Of a stretch of 61,280 bases of DNA, positions 1-12,313 are shown one piece after another. The stretch spans positions 100,050 to 161,329 of the forward strand of contig NW_015162578.1 in NCBI RefSeq assembly GCF_001447785.1, in the 5' to 3' direction. This DNA comes from Gekko japonicus (taxonomy: Eukaryota). The position numbers and the translations under genes are program-made. The number at the start of each line of letters is the position of its first letter. The stretch's first letter is position 1. Below the pieces are notes generated by a model. That model worked only from the letters and a program-made list of their open reading frames with translations. It had not been told where the DNA came from and did not search any database.

Positions 1-33
1 CTCTTTTCACTGAAGAATGTTGATCTTTTTCAG

Positions 34-108
34 GTGAAGGGGAACTTTTATTTAGAGAAAGCATTCAAATTTGCAAACTCATCTTCAACTTGAAATAGGA
101 CAATCCAG
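34..108 (+). other. Candidate non-coding 5' UTR exon of the OR at 637
   Basis: Acceptor tctttttCAG at 31-33 and donor CAG|GTAAGA at 108/109; a downstream acceptor ttttcccctcTAG (614-616) precedes the ATG. Confidence 0.45.
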
Positions 109-212
109 GTAAGAACATAACCATTATCCCCATAATCTGTGCTCAGTGTTATGTCCCCATTTAACTGCATGTTCACCTGACTCTCTTATCCCTTTATTTT
201 ATCTCTATTTCA

Positions 213-213
<1 letters not shown>

Positions 214-285
<72 letters not shown>
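214..285. repeat. (ATT)n microsatellite running into an assembly gap
   Basis: Direct sequence. Confidence 0.98.
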
Positions 286-636
286 NNNNNNNNNNNNNNN
301 NNNNNNNNNNNNNNNNNNNNNNNNNNNNNNNNNNNNNNNNNACATAAATAAATTATTCTTCTACATGGAGAATCCCCAGGCACAATTGTACCAAATAGTG
401 AATAAGGTGTTGGATCCAAAAGTTTCATTCTTCTAATAGTGGCACCTTCCTCCAGTGCAAGAGGCTTACTCCACCAGTGGAAGATTCCTTGCACCACAGG
501 AAACTTCCAATGATAAAAGAATGGATACAACCAATATCCAATAAATGCTTGTTCTTTTGCAATCTCATAATAATTTATTTTCATTCTCCTTTCCCAAATC
601 CATTTTTCCCCTCTAGGAAATATGATGCACTAAAAT

Positions 637-1572
637 ATGGAAGAAGATAATAAAACAATTGTGACTGAATTCATCCTTCTGGGATTTCAGAGCACTCCCT
701 CCCTAGAAATTCTGCTCTTCGTTGCCTTCATCTTTGTATATGTACTAACAATCACAGGTAATGCCTTAATAATTGTATTAGTACTGACCAATCACCACCT
801 TCAATCACCCATGTATTTTTTCTTGAGTAACCTCTCATTCCTGGAGCTCATGATCACTTCCACTGTCATGCCTAAGATGCTAGTAAATTTTATCACAGGG
901 AAGAAGACCATTTCCTTTGTGGGCTGCCTTACACAGTCATTCTTTTATTTCCTCATGGGCTCCACTGAATTCTTCATCCTGGCTGCTATGTCCTTTGACC
1001 GTTATCTGGCAATATGTTACCCATTACGTTATGCATCCATCATGAACAGCAGGGTCTGTTTCCAGCTCCTCTTGGGGTCATGGACTGGTGGCTTTTTGAT
1101 CATTCTAGTTCCCAGCATCGTGACAGCTGGCCTGCCATTCTGTGGCCCAAACATTGTCGATCACTTCTTCTGTGACAGTGCCCCTTTGCTCAAACTTGTC
1201 TGTGCTGACACATCACTGGCTGAACTGGTTGACTTTGGGACCTCTTGCATACTGCTCTTGGGCTCACTTCTTATAACAGTTGTGTCCTATATTTATATTA
1301 TTATTGCTGTCTTGAGGATACCATCAGCAAAAGGGCGAAAGAAGGCCTTCTCAACATGTGTATCTCATATGACTGTGGTTACAATGTATTATGGAAGTTC
1401 TATCTTCATCTATGTCCGTCCTACCAAAGGGAATGTTCTGGATTTCAATAAAGTAGGCACTGTGTTGAATACAATGATGACTCCTATGCTAAATCCTTTC
1501 ATATATAGTCTCAGAAATGAGAGAGTAAAGGATTCCTTGAGAACTATCCTCAAGAAGGCCATTTGTGTGTAA
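637..1572 (+). CDS. Olfactory receptor, class II, OR6-family-like (311 aa)
   Basis: Intact 7TM ORF with [54 protein letters not shown] and an N-glycosylation sequon NKT. Confidence 0.97.
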   Translation: MEEDNKTIVTEFILLGFQSTPSLEILLFVAFIFVYVLTITGNALIIVLVLTNHHLQSPMYFFLSNLSFLELMITSTVMPKMLVNFITGKKTISFVGCLTQSFFYFLMGSTEFFILAAMSFDRYLAICYPLRYASIMNSRVCFQLLLGSWTGGFLIILVPSIVTAGLPFCGPNIVDHFFCDSAPLLKLVCADTSLAELVDFGTSCILLLGSLLITVVSYIYIIIAVLRIPSAKGRKKAFSTCVSHMTVVTMYYGSSIFIYVRPTKGNVLDFNKVGTVLNTMMTPMLNPFIYSLRNERVKDSLRTILKKAICV

Positions 1573-1750
1573 AGTGCCATCAAGTCACAGCCGACTTATG
1601 GCAACCCCATAGGGTTTTCAAGGCAAGTGAGAAGCAGAGGCGGTTCACCATTGCTTTCCTCTGCAAAATGTTCCTTGGTCGACTCCCATCCATATATCGA
1701 CCTTGTTTAGCTTCAGAGATTTGATGAGACTGGGCTGTATTATACCAATC
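1565..1750 (-). mobile_element. 5S rRNA-derived SINE with RTE/Sauria-like tail
   Basis: ctcccatcca...tttagcttcagagatttgatgagactgggc resembles reverse-complement 5S rRNA; the tail aagtgccatcaagtcacagccgacttatggcaacc recurs elsewhere in the window. Confidence 0.75.
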
Positions 1751-1770
1751 CACATCCTGAAAAAGCCCAT

Positions 1771-1883
1771 GCGTGTTTATAAAGTGCTGTCAAGTCACAG
1801 CTGACTGCTGGGAAACCAATGAGGGGCTTTCAAGGCAAGTAAGAAGCAGAAGTGGTTTGCAATTGCCTTCCTCTGCACAGTCT
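1771..1883 (-). mobile_element. Second, 5'-truncated copy of the same SINE
   Basis: Repeats aaagtgctgtcaagtcacagc...caaggcaagtaagaagcaga...ttcctctgca of the preceding copy. Confidence 0.75.
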
Positions 1884-3053
1884 TTCAAGAAGACCATAGT
1901 TGTTCTACAAAAGTGATCAGGACACCTAGGGCACAAGTCAGCAGAAACAGCAAAATTACATAGATGGAACTTATAAGTGGGGTTTCAATGCAAATTTTGT
2001 TGCAGTGGATAAAATATGGGACTAACTGGGGAGACTCGGGTTCAGAGTTCCACTAAGCAATGGAGTTTAATAAATGATTTTGGGCTAACCCTAGCTACTC
2101 CTCTGAGTTGTTGTGAAGTCTCTCCAGTTAGTCATGGGAATCATGTACTTGCAGAGTTAATAATGAGTTGTGAATTGTGTCAATTTAAAAGGCATTGATA
2201 TATGTAATGTTAAAGTTCTTGTTGAGGATGCTGTTTCAGTCTTTTTAGAGAAACCATCCAAGGCTCTAACAGTGTGGTGTGATTTGCTTTGTGTTTAAGA
2301 TGTGCTTTGCATTATTTAAAACATAACATTTTTTGTAATATATTGTGTGTTGGATCATGCATTATGAAGGTGGATTTTTTTGGTATGCTAAACCTATGGA
2401 TTGAATCCAACCATCTTTTCTGAAGATGAAAAAAAAAGTAGGTGATCTGCTTTTTGATCACCAAATAAACTATAATGGGGAAAATGGGGCCTGCATTAAA
2501 AAGCCATGTAGGACTGGGCTATGATAAGAAGGAGAATTTGGTTAGATTGACTGCATCCAATCCCAAGCATACCACTTCTCAGAGTCATCATTGGGAAAAG
2601 TGTAATGGATAAACAGGCATATTTAAATCCTGTGTTCATATGCCACTTACAAGTATTTGAAGTCAGCTGGGACACATCCTTAGTGGCTAGATGTGCAGGT
2701 GTTGAACTTTGCATACCCATTTTGTAATTAAATACTGATTTCTAATAACTTCATAAAATAAAAATATTCTAAAAGTGTCATTGCTATATTTGGTCTTCCC
2801 TCCATTCAGGTTGACTTTGTTTGTTTCAAATAATATATTTGATGCAAAATGCTAGATTCCACTTTAAAGAATTAAGACCAATGATCATAATCGGTTGAAT
2901 CAAATCACTTCATTGTTTGTTGGGTCAAATGACTCTGGGTTATATTCAACCTGCTTTTCTGCTGGTGAAAACGTATGGATGGGTCACCTTTGATTGCTAA
3001 AAATGCTATGTTGAACATCATTGGACCTGCATGGACCTAAAACATTATTCATT

Positions 3054-3400
3054 ATTTGTTTGTTTATTTATTACATTTTAAGTCACCTCTCAACCAAATG
3101 TTCTCATGGCGCTTTACAACATTAAAACCAATAAGGTGAAAACAACATAAAAACAAATAATAAATATTAAATATTAACAGTAAAATATTAAAATACGTGA
3201 CTATCACCATACCATCATTAAAACAGATCAAACATGTGGTTACCTTCCAAAGGTCAATCTAAACAATTCAGCTTTGCATGCCCTGTGGAAACTAAACAAG
3301 TCCACAGGGCACAGATGGCATCCAAGGGTGCATTCCACAGTGTAGGGGCCACAACTGAGAAGGCCCTTCTCAGCTAACAGTCATCCCCTGGGATGGGGAC
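3054..3400 (-). mobile_element. L2-type LINE 3' fragment
   Basis: tttattta tail and ggggccacaactgagaaggccc, typical of squamate L2 ends. Confidence 0.5.
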
Positions 3401-4165
3401 CACAGAAAGTAGGGGAATTGGTTGAGACAGAGCAACCCCCCCACTACCAAAAGGCTAGCTGCAAACATCTGTTCCATTTAGTGAGCTATGTGAGTAGCCC
3501 TTGTGTTGTTCTGACATCAGATGCCCAAAGTGGTTCTCACTGAACAGGCCCAAAGTCTTGTTCAGGTTCAGGCTTAAGATGGTTAGATATCTATATATCT
3601 ATATCTACGTATACACATACACACAATCTGTTAAAGTGTTAATGAGATAGATTTCATTGCACCTGACATATGTGAATGCAAAGAGTCACCAAATTTTAGA
3701 ATTTTCATATAGCAAATATCCTCTATCAGGTGAAATGAATAAATTGGACTGCTGGCAGAGAAAGAGTTACTTTACTGTTCTGGATAAGGGGCATACAAGA
3801 CCAATTCATTTATTCTTCAGATTTGGCTCTGTGTGTCCTGGGAAGTGAGGTACAGAAGGAAAATATACTGTAACTACCCATCCATCTGATCCACCATTTG
3901 CAGCTCTGACACTGCTCTCCATCCACACGCTTGCATAATGTAAGAATAGGGAGAATTCTAAGGAATATTCATTTGCTTCCTTGGCCTGGAGTTTTCACAT
4001 AATCTATATATCTAATAGCCAACTTGCCCCCTCTGCCTGGGGGAGAGGGGAGGGCCGCCGGGTTGGGAGGGGGAGGGGGGAAGGGAAACAGCGAGGGGCG
4101 AGCGGAGAGCCCGCTTGCCCCTGGCTTCACTGCGGGGTTGGGAGGGGGGAGGGAAACAGCGAGGG

Positions 4166-4285
4166 GCTTCAAGGCAAGTGTGAAGCAGAGGTGGTGTGCC
4201 ATGGCCTTCCTCTGCTGAGTCTTCCTTGGAGGTCTCCATTCCAAGCACTGACCCAGCTTAGCTTCGAGATCTGACAAGATTGAGG
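4166..4285 (-). mobile_element. 5S-derived SINE fragment
   Basis: ggtctccattccaagcactgacc...cttagcttcgagatctgacaagat is antisense 5S-like. Confidence 0.65.
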
Positions 4286-4852
4286 GGGGAACCGGCAGGA
4301 TGGGTGGGAACTTACCTCCTCCTCCTGCTTCCTCCTCTTCCTCATAGGTGTGGAGCTCCCCCTCTCCCGCGAGTATCGCGGGTCCCCCACTTGTTGCTAT
4401 ATATTTCCAGACTACAGCTATCAGTTCCCCCAGTTGCCTGCTTATGGTAGCTGAATTCCTGCCAGAAGCCCTCCCCTGAAAATCGATCTATCAAGAGTGG
4501 AAGAAAAATGGTGGCAATGCTCCATTATTACTCTCTATGATAACTGCAGAGACAAGGAGGGGAAAAAAATCATACAGTGGTCAGTTCCACCTAGAATTAA
4601 AACTTGACTTGTATCACCAGACCATGTGAAGTTCTGAAAGAAGGGAGAAGTGTGTTCAGCAGCAGCTCTCTCATAAGTATGGATTTTATGCCACAAACAC
4701 ACTTTCTTAGCTGTTCCATGGTTGCAAAAAGGATCAAATCATCTTTGGCTACCAAAAGGCTGGGTGAGGGGGGAGCACTCATGGGAACTACAAAAACAGA
4801 ACTCAGGAGAAATTGGCACGATTTAGCAAAAGCACCAGCCAAAGCAAACCCA

Positions 4853-5785
4853 TTATTTTGATTCTTTTATTGGGAATGACAACATTTTCCTAATCAGTTT
4901 TCTAACAGCATCTTTCATTTCTCTGTTTCTCAGAGTAAAGATCATTGGATTTAACATTGGAGTGATAAGGGTATAGCAAACAGAGGCTATTTTGTCACCT
5001 GGAAATACCCGGAAAGGACGGCCATATATGAACATTCCTGGAATAAAAATTAAGCTCGTAACGATGATTTGTGCAGCACATGTAGACAGGGCTTTGTGTT
5101 TCCCTTCTGTGATATGTGTTCTGATCTTTATCAAAATGACAGTGTATGATACTAGTAAGACACAGAAGATTAGTGTGAGAAGAAATCCACTGTTCGAAAC
5201 CATCAGTAGCTCTGTGATGTATGCATCTGTACAAGCCAGTTTGATGAGCTGTGGGACATCACAGAAGAAATTGTCCAATATATTGGGTCCACAGAAGGGC
5301 AGCTGAAGTATTAATGCTACCTGTATAATGGAGTGGGCAAAGCCACCCAACCAAGCACCTGCCACCAAACCAACACATACTCCTGGATGCATAATAAGCA
5401 AATATTGCAGTGGTCTGTAGATCGCTATGTATCTGTCAACAGCCATTCCTATTAGAAAAAAGGCCACAGCTCCTCCAGTAAAATGGAAGAAGAAAATTTG
5501 GGCAATGCACCACCTGTAGGAGATTGTATTTCTATGGGTGATGAGGTCCCACAGCATTTTGATTGCAGTCACTGTGGAGTCACTGATATCTATGACAGCC
5601 AGGTTGGCCAAAAGGAAGTACATGGGTGTGTGGAACTGAGGCATGAAAATCACGGTAATGATGATTGTCAGATTCCCCAGCCACGTTATGATGTAAATGG
5701 TGAGGAAAAGGAGGAAGAGGATGGTCTGCACCCTCGGATTCTGAGAGAAGCCCAAGAGAATAAATTCTGTTACTGTCGAATTCAT
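4853..5785 (-). CDS. Olfactory receptor, OR4D-like, paralogue A1 (310 aa)
   Basis: FHTPMYFLLANLA, MAVDRYIAIYRPLQY, LDNFFCDVPQLIKLAC, KALSTCAAQ, PMLNPMIFTLRN. The ORF-track start at 5791 is TTG; the true ATG is at 5785. Confidence 0.96.
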   Translation of the reverse strand: MNSTVTEFILLGFSQNPRVQTILFLLFLTIYIITWLGNLTIIITVIFMPQFHTPMYFLLANLAVIDISDSTVTAIKMLWDLITHRNTISYRWCIAQIFFFHFTGGAVAFFLIGMAVDRYIAIYRPLQYLLIMHPGVCVGLVAGAWLGGFAHSIIQVALILQLPFCGPNILDNFFCDVPQLIKLACTDAYITELLMVSNSGFLLTLIFCVLLVSYTVILIKIRTHITEGKHKALSTCAAQIIVTSLIFIPGMFIYGRPFRVFPGDKIASVCYTLITPMLNPMIFTLRNREMKDAVRKLIRKMLSFPIKESK

Positions 5786-7869
5786 TGCCAATGTGAAAAG
5801 TGAGGATTTAATTTCTGTGTATTACATGCCCAGATTTTACCCAGTTCATTATTTTAAGTGGTCTATCATTTTTTGTGTTCAGTCATATGAGAAAGTGAAC
5901 TTCTGTTCATTGGATCAGCTCAGCATGTTCTTAATTAATCTCAATCATAGTTTATCAATCAGTCGAGACACCAGGAGAGTTCACTGTATGTGTGGAGCCA
6001 AATGTTCAATGCTGAAACAAATGTAATCATAAAGCAAAATTAGGTGCTTCAAAAGCATAAATCACGCTACCGTCCTATATCTATAGTTAGGCTACCGTTC
6101 ACATTAACTTCAATGAGATCCAAAGCAATGTAGGCTGTAATTCGATGAACACTTTTTTCCTGAGAGTAAACCCCATGAAATAAAATTAGACTCTCTTATG
6201 ATTATTCATTGGATTACTTTCCGAATTGTATAGTATACAATTGCCTTCTCTAGTGAGAGGAAACAAAACATGTTATCACTGTAGTTATTGTGTTCATATA
6301 CAGCCAGTGGATAAAACCATTAGTCTATCCCCATCATGTACCCCAAGATGGCTTCTTTCTTACTGGTTTGGGAAATGCATTAATGAACCCACCTTGCTTT
6401 GCGTAAATGCAGAGCCCACCTTGCTTTGTATGAACATAATATATATACCCCACATTTTTTAAAAAAAAATGTATTTGTTTATTGAAGTTTAAAATAAAAT
6501 ACAATGAAGTGCTTAGTAAAGCATGAATGAAAAACAATTACAAAATTAATATTAAGCTGGTGGTGAATCGAGGATTGCCATTACAAGTTATCTGCCAATT
6601 TTGAGCTGATCAGTCATCATCATCATCAATTCTTTATTTGGCCTACGACCAGTACAAGTCAGTTATAAAAGCTTTACAATGTCATTAGAAAGTAAAATTG
6701 ATCCGATCTATTGGCAACAATTAGTTAAAATCTGTACATAAAATATCTCTAAGAATTCTACAGGCTACTGAAAAAAAATTGGCACAACTAATGGTAACCT
6801 GTTGATTAGCACCCATTAAAAATTTCTTTAAAATATATACATCTGAACATCCAGAAAAATTGATAAGCAGAGGGGAAATTATATTAGAATGAACTTCCTG
6901 ATAGAAGCGACAGTGGAATAACACATGCTCGACTGACTCCACCTGTTCAGTGCCACACAGACAAATACTTTCCTTCATGTGAATCTTTTTATATCTCCCC
7001 TCTAAAACTGCAGAGGGAAGGACTCGCCATCTCGCCAGAGTAAAAGCTCTCAGTTGACTGGGTACCTCCAGAACAGAGAGATAAGGTGCCGGGGCAACAA
7101 CATATTTAAGCTTCTCGGGTATCAGAGAGTTTGGAACATTGTTAATGTCTCTCGTCATTCTACATCAAGCAAGTTTTATTTGATCATTGATTTTGCTTGA
7201 TCAAAACCCATTTGCAGGAAAAATTCAGGAGAGAAACCCAAATTCTGCAGGTTGAATGGCCTTCTCCCAAGAGGATTGGAAATAGTCTTGCAGGACTAAC
7301 GTTATTAAACCCCATGGGTTATATGATAATTTTAACCAATAGTTAATGGAGGCAAGGCTTACCCTGGCCTCTACCTTAATCATGCCTGACTCGAGACGTA
7401 AGCTGGCATTGGACACACAGCTTGGCACCTGAAATAAAGCTCTCAGGAATCTTGATTGATTTTTTTCTAACGGGGCAAAGTGGGAGGAGGGGGGTCCAAG
7501 AGTTTCTCCATACATTAATTGGGACAATGTTTTTTGCCTGAAACAACCGGAGGGCTGCTTCCCTTAGAGCATGCAAATCTAAGAATGGCCTGTGCAGATT
7601 TTTGACCAGTTGCTGCAGCATACACAGGGTAGTTCTACTCCCTGTGGAGTGAATCATCACCCCTAAGTATTTGAAATAAGGTACTTGTTCCAGCTTATGG
7701 CCATTGATGTTCCAGGACCTTCTTTTCTGACCTTTGCCAAATACAACAATTTTAGTTTTGTTTTTTTACCATAAATTTTATTGAATTATTCATATAAACA
7801 CATGAAGAACAATTTTAGTTTTTTGATAGTTAATCAAAACTATAGCTAGAGACTCTTTGCAATAACAAC

Positions 7870-8255
7870 CAGGGGTCATTTCCCGCGGGAGTGCACAGGA
7901 GCGGAGCACCGGAAGTAAATAGCTCAGGGGGCGGGCACATGCAACAAGCCCCACCCCCTGCTCCCAGCAGCCCTCAGTCAGAGCAAGAAGCAGCTAGGTA
8001 AGTTGCAGAGCCAAAACAGTTCAGTGGCAGCTTTAAGACCAAGTTTTATTCAGGTACAAGTTCTCCCTCTTCTGTGCAGACAGACCTGCACGTTCCTCCC
8101 CCCACCCAATAGCTAGCCATCCAAAACAGTCCAGTGGATCCTGAGAGGTGGGTGTTGCCTTCTGACACACTTCCGGTGATGTCAGGGGGCGTGGCCTATG
8201 AAAATGAGTCATGCTAATGAGCTCCTGCACCTCTTTTTCTACTAAATGACCCCTG
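7870..8255. mobile_element. hAT-superfamily non-autonomous MITE
   Basis: Perfect 12-bp TIR CAGGGGTCATTT/AAATGACCCCTG; 8-bp TSD ATAACAAC (7862-7869, 8256-8263). Confidence 0.92.
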
Positions 8256-8794
8256 ATAACAACTGAATGCCTTAAGCATTCTTTTCAAGCCCACTGGGGT
8301 TCTGGACAGTACAACTGTATCATTGGCAAAAAGCAAAGCCAGGATTTTCCTATTGGCTAAAGCAGGGGGGTGGGTTTCAGTGGAGCTTATGCTACTGATC
8401 AGATTATTAATGTATAAATTGAACAGCACTGGTGCCAGGACACACCCATGTTTTACTCCTTTAGCTGTATTTACCAGGTTGGAAAGGTGCCCAGCCCTAT
8501 CACATCTAACTTTAAGTGATGTATTTGTATAGAGAGTTTGCATTAAATATAAAAGTCTAAGATCTATGTTCATAGCTTTCAATGTTTCCCACAACAAGCC
8601 CCTAGATATGGTATCGAAAGCAGATCTCAAGTCAAGGAAAGCAGCATATAACGAGGCAGACCTACTAGATGCGTATTTCTCTATTAGACATTGCATAGTT
8701 ATACATTGACCCAGTGTAGAACCCTCCCTGAAGCCTGCCTGTTCCAAAACAAGGATATCTAATTGTTCAATCCAGCATTTCAATTTGTCCAGTA

Positions 8795-10256
8795 ATAAAG
8801 CTCCCGGCGACCCAGCAACGCCGCTGGTCGTTGGGGGCTGATATGCCACCCTGAGGAAGGCAGGCAGCAACTGTAGCCACAATGCCTTGTGTCATGATGT
8901 GGGCGAGGGGGTGGAGCTGGCTTGGATAAACAGCCAGGCTATGCTCCTGCCCGTTGACATTTTTTCCAATGTGCTCACCCACCCTCCTGGCCTGTTCTTA
9001 GTGTAGCTTATGGCTAGTTGCCTATTGGGGCCAGGTAGGAATGTTTTGCTTTTACCCAGTAGTGGCTGAACGGGTGTAGGTGTTTTTGCCTACCTTGCAC
9101 TGAGAGCAGTGGATTGGATAATTGGTTGTGGTGGTTGACACCTAAATAGGCTGGTCATTTTATAGGTTGGTGCAGGCAAGATACCAGAACCAGTGAGCAC
9201 CTTACGGCATTTTCCCCGTTAGGGAACAAGGGGTCATCAGGAACTGCCTTCGGATTTCTAAGGTCCATGGTGGGGAATGGTGATCACCTCCTCTGGGAAC
9301 CATTGCATAGTTATACATTGACCCAGTGTAGAACCCTCCATGAAGCCTGCCTGTTCCAAAACAAGGATATCTTCTTGTTCAATCCAGCATTTCAGTTTGT
9401 CCAGTCACAAAGCTCCTCCCGGCGACCCGGCAATGCCGCTGGTGTTGGGGGCTGATTTGCCGCCCTGAGGAAGGCAGGCAGCAACTGTAGCCACAATGCC
9501 TTGCATCATGATGTGGACGAGGGGGTGGAGCTGGCTTGGATAAACAGCCAGGCTCTGCTCCCGCCCATTGACATTTGTTCCAATGTGCTCGCCCACCCTC
9601 CTGGCCTGTTCTTAGTGTAGGCTATGGCTAGTTGCCTATTGGGGCCAGTTAGGAATTTTTTTGCTTTTACCCAGTACTGGCTGAATGGGTGGAGGTGTTT
9701 TTGCCTACCTTGCACTGAGAGCAGTGGATTGGATAATTGGTTGTGGTGGTTGACACCTAAATAGCCTGGCCATTTGACAGGTTGGTGCGGGCAAGAAACC
9801 GGACTGAATGGGTGGAGGTGTTTTTGCCTACCTTGCACTGAGAGCAGTGGATTGGATAATTGGTTGTGGTGGTTGACACCTAAATAGCCTGGCCATTTGA
9901 CAGGTTGGTGCGGGCAAGAAACCGGAACCGGTGAGCACCTTATGGCATTTTCCCCATTAGGGAACAGGGAGTCATCAGGAACTGCCTTCGGATTTCTAAG
10001 GTCCAGGGTGGGGAACGGTGATCACCTCCTCTGGGAACCTCTTAGGGTATGCTCCTCTCTGCAAGTTGGAAGGCTTCAGGGGTAGGCACTCCTAAGTGGC
10101 GACCAGTTTGCTGGGCTGCCGGTCATGAGCCAGACCAATGGCTCAGGACCGGAGCTGGGTGGCAAGGAGGTTGGTCAGGGGAACGACACCAGCCTTGCCT
10201 GTTCTGTGCTCGCTTAGCTGGTCCCTTGCCACAATGTTATGTTAAATAGTTAATAA
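8795..10256 (+). mobile_element. Non-coding retroelement-like insert (possibly a DIRS/Ngaro 3' region), internally tandem-duplicated
   Basis: Interrupts the LINE RT; a ~610-bp unit is repeated (about 8690-9300 and 9301-10040) with a further ~120-bp repeat; family assignment is tentative. Confidence 0.5.
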
Positions 10257-12313
10257 CCCACCTGTTCCAAAACAAGGATATCTTCTTGTTCAATCCAGCA
10301 TTTCAGTTTGTCCAGTAAATGGCTAGTGTATAATTTGCCTATAATGCTGAGGAGACTTATAGGTCTGTAGTTAGCTGGGTCATCTCTCCTCCCTTTCTTG
10401 TAGAATGGTATAATGATTGCCTGCTTCCAGTCCTCTGGAATACGACCTGTTGAGTCAATGTATGAGAAAAGTGAGGCTAAAGGTGCTGCCCACCACTTGA
10501 TGTTGTTCATTAGGAAATCTGAGGGTATATTGTCAATACCAGGGGCTTTTCCTTTCTTTAATTGCTTTATAAGTGCTGTGACTTCTTTTGTTGATAAATC
10601 GGATAAATCTGATGTTATTTGTAAGTGCAGATCACACAAACTCACTGCAAAGATCTTTCGGAAGTAAGATTCTCAAACATCGGTCATGATTACTGAGTCC
10701 AAAGGAGAGAAGTCCTTGAAAGAGTGCTTAGAAGCCAATTTCCAAAAAAGTTTGGAGTTTTTATCTTGCTCCTGGGTCAATTTTCCCCATGTTTCCATTT
10801 TATCTGCTTTTCTCTTTTTAGCCACAGTTAATTTGTATGATTTCTTTCCATCTAAATAGGTTTGATAAAGAGCTCAGCTTTCTAAGTTGGATGTGGATTT
10901 GTAGACATGGAATGCAGAGATACAGATTCTTTTGGCATCTTGACAGTCCTTGTCAAACCATTTCCTAGAGGAACGTCCAGATTTCTTAATTTGTGATTCC
11001 GTGTTTTACAGTATTAGGGACTTTAATCTTTGAATGATGTTGTCATAGGGAATTAAGGGGTTCTCTCCCTCTGGGCAGTCAATGATGGCTGCTCTATTTG
11101 CCATACATTCCTCCTCAATTAAATATTTCAATATTTGATCTAATTGGGGTGTCCACTTGGCACGACAGCCTGTTTGTTCTGTTGGTATAATCTGTGTCTG
11201 GTATAATTTGGTATAATTTGAGCTTTAAGGTAACTCTTTTATGAACTGGCTTTTGTGAGCAGAGTAAGATCCAAGTCAGAGCAGAGACATCTGTAAGTTA
11301 TATCCCATAATCTCTGTAGTTTCCACCTAAATGAAAAGACCTCACAGGTTACGGTGCTTACCACCATAATGGCAAAAGAAAGAATGAGTTAATGCTAAGT
11401 ATCACCCTACCTCTGGAGTACTGTAATCTTATGCTTATGAATAATGTGAGCATCTGAGCATCTTCATTTCTATATCATTTGTTGTAGATAGGCCTTGTTC
11501 CCCCATTCCACCCATTTCCATCAATCGTATTCCCAAGTCAGTTGTTTCTTTTATGCCCTATGCACAGTTTCTGTGTCAGTCACCATTTATATGCTAAAAT
11601 AGAATTAATAAACATGTATATTTAATTGGGGGGGAAATCAGGAAAACAAAATGGAAAATGGTGCAGATCTTCAGATTCTCATGCTTTATCAGCACATGAC
11701 ATCTTTGGAGCAAACATCGGTCATGAGTAGAAATTCAAAATCACCCCTAATTTAGATTTAGCTCTTACTTTTTTCTTCCTCTATAAATCAATGCAAAAAA
11801 CAGTGGTCAAACTGTTTTGTGCCAGAGATAAGAATCATACTCACTTGTTCTNNNNNNNNNNNNNNNNNNNNNNNNNNNNNNNNNNNNNNNNNNNNNNNNN
11901 NNNNNNNNNNNNNNNNNNNNNNNNNNNNNNNNNNNNNNNNNNNNNNNNNNNNNNNNNNNNNNNNNNNNNNNNNNNNNNNNNNNNNNNNNNNNNNNNNNNN
12001 NNNNNNNNNNNNNNNNNNNNNNNNNNNNNNNNNNNNNNNNNNNNNNNNNNNNNNNNNNNNNNNNNNNNNNNNNNNNNNNNNNNNNNNNNNNNNNNNNNNN
12101 NNNNNNNNNNNNNNNNNNNNNNNNNNNNNNNNNNNNNNNNNNNNNNNNNNNNNNNNNNNNNNNNNNNNNNNNNNNNNNNNNNNNNNNNNNNNNNNNNNNN
12201 NNNNNNNNNNNNNNNNNNNNNNNNNNNNNNNNNNNNNNNNNNNNNNNNNNNNNNNNNNNNNNNNNNNNNNNNNNNNNNNNNNNNNNNNNNNNNNNNNNNN
12301 NNNNNNNNNNNNN

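Larger units (their letters stand above)
6612..11220 (-). mobile_element. Degraded LINE ORF2 (RTE-X-like), interrupted by two insertions
   Basis: KAPGIDNIP, ANYRPISLL, FLDLRSAFD, GVKHGCVLAP, LLFAND (YADD-like), C-terminal CxC...EHVLFHC knuckle, (TGA)n tail at ~6615; absent from the paralogous upstream regions. Confidence 0.8.

Noticed and set aside
146-584. Poly-Leu and poly-Ile ORFs
   Set aside because: Translations of the (ATT)n microsatellite and N-gap
1670-1740. 5S rRNA gene (and tRNA genes at SINE heads)
   Set aside because: Diverged, truncated and fused to SINE bodies
4035-4155. G-quadruplex-prone GC-rich patch
   Set aside because: Attached to a SINE, lies 3' of both flanking genes, no evidence of function
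4992-5803. Antisense ORFs recurring over several OR genes
   Set aside because: Shadow frames of paralogous OR coding sequence
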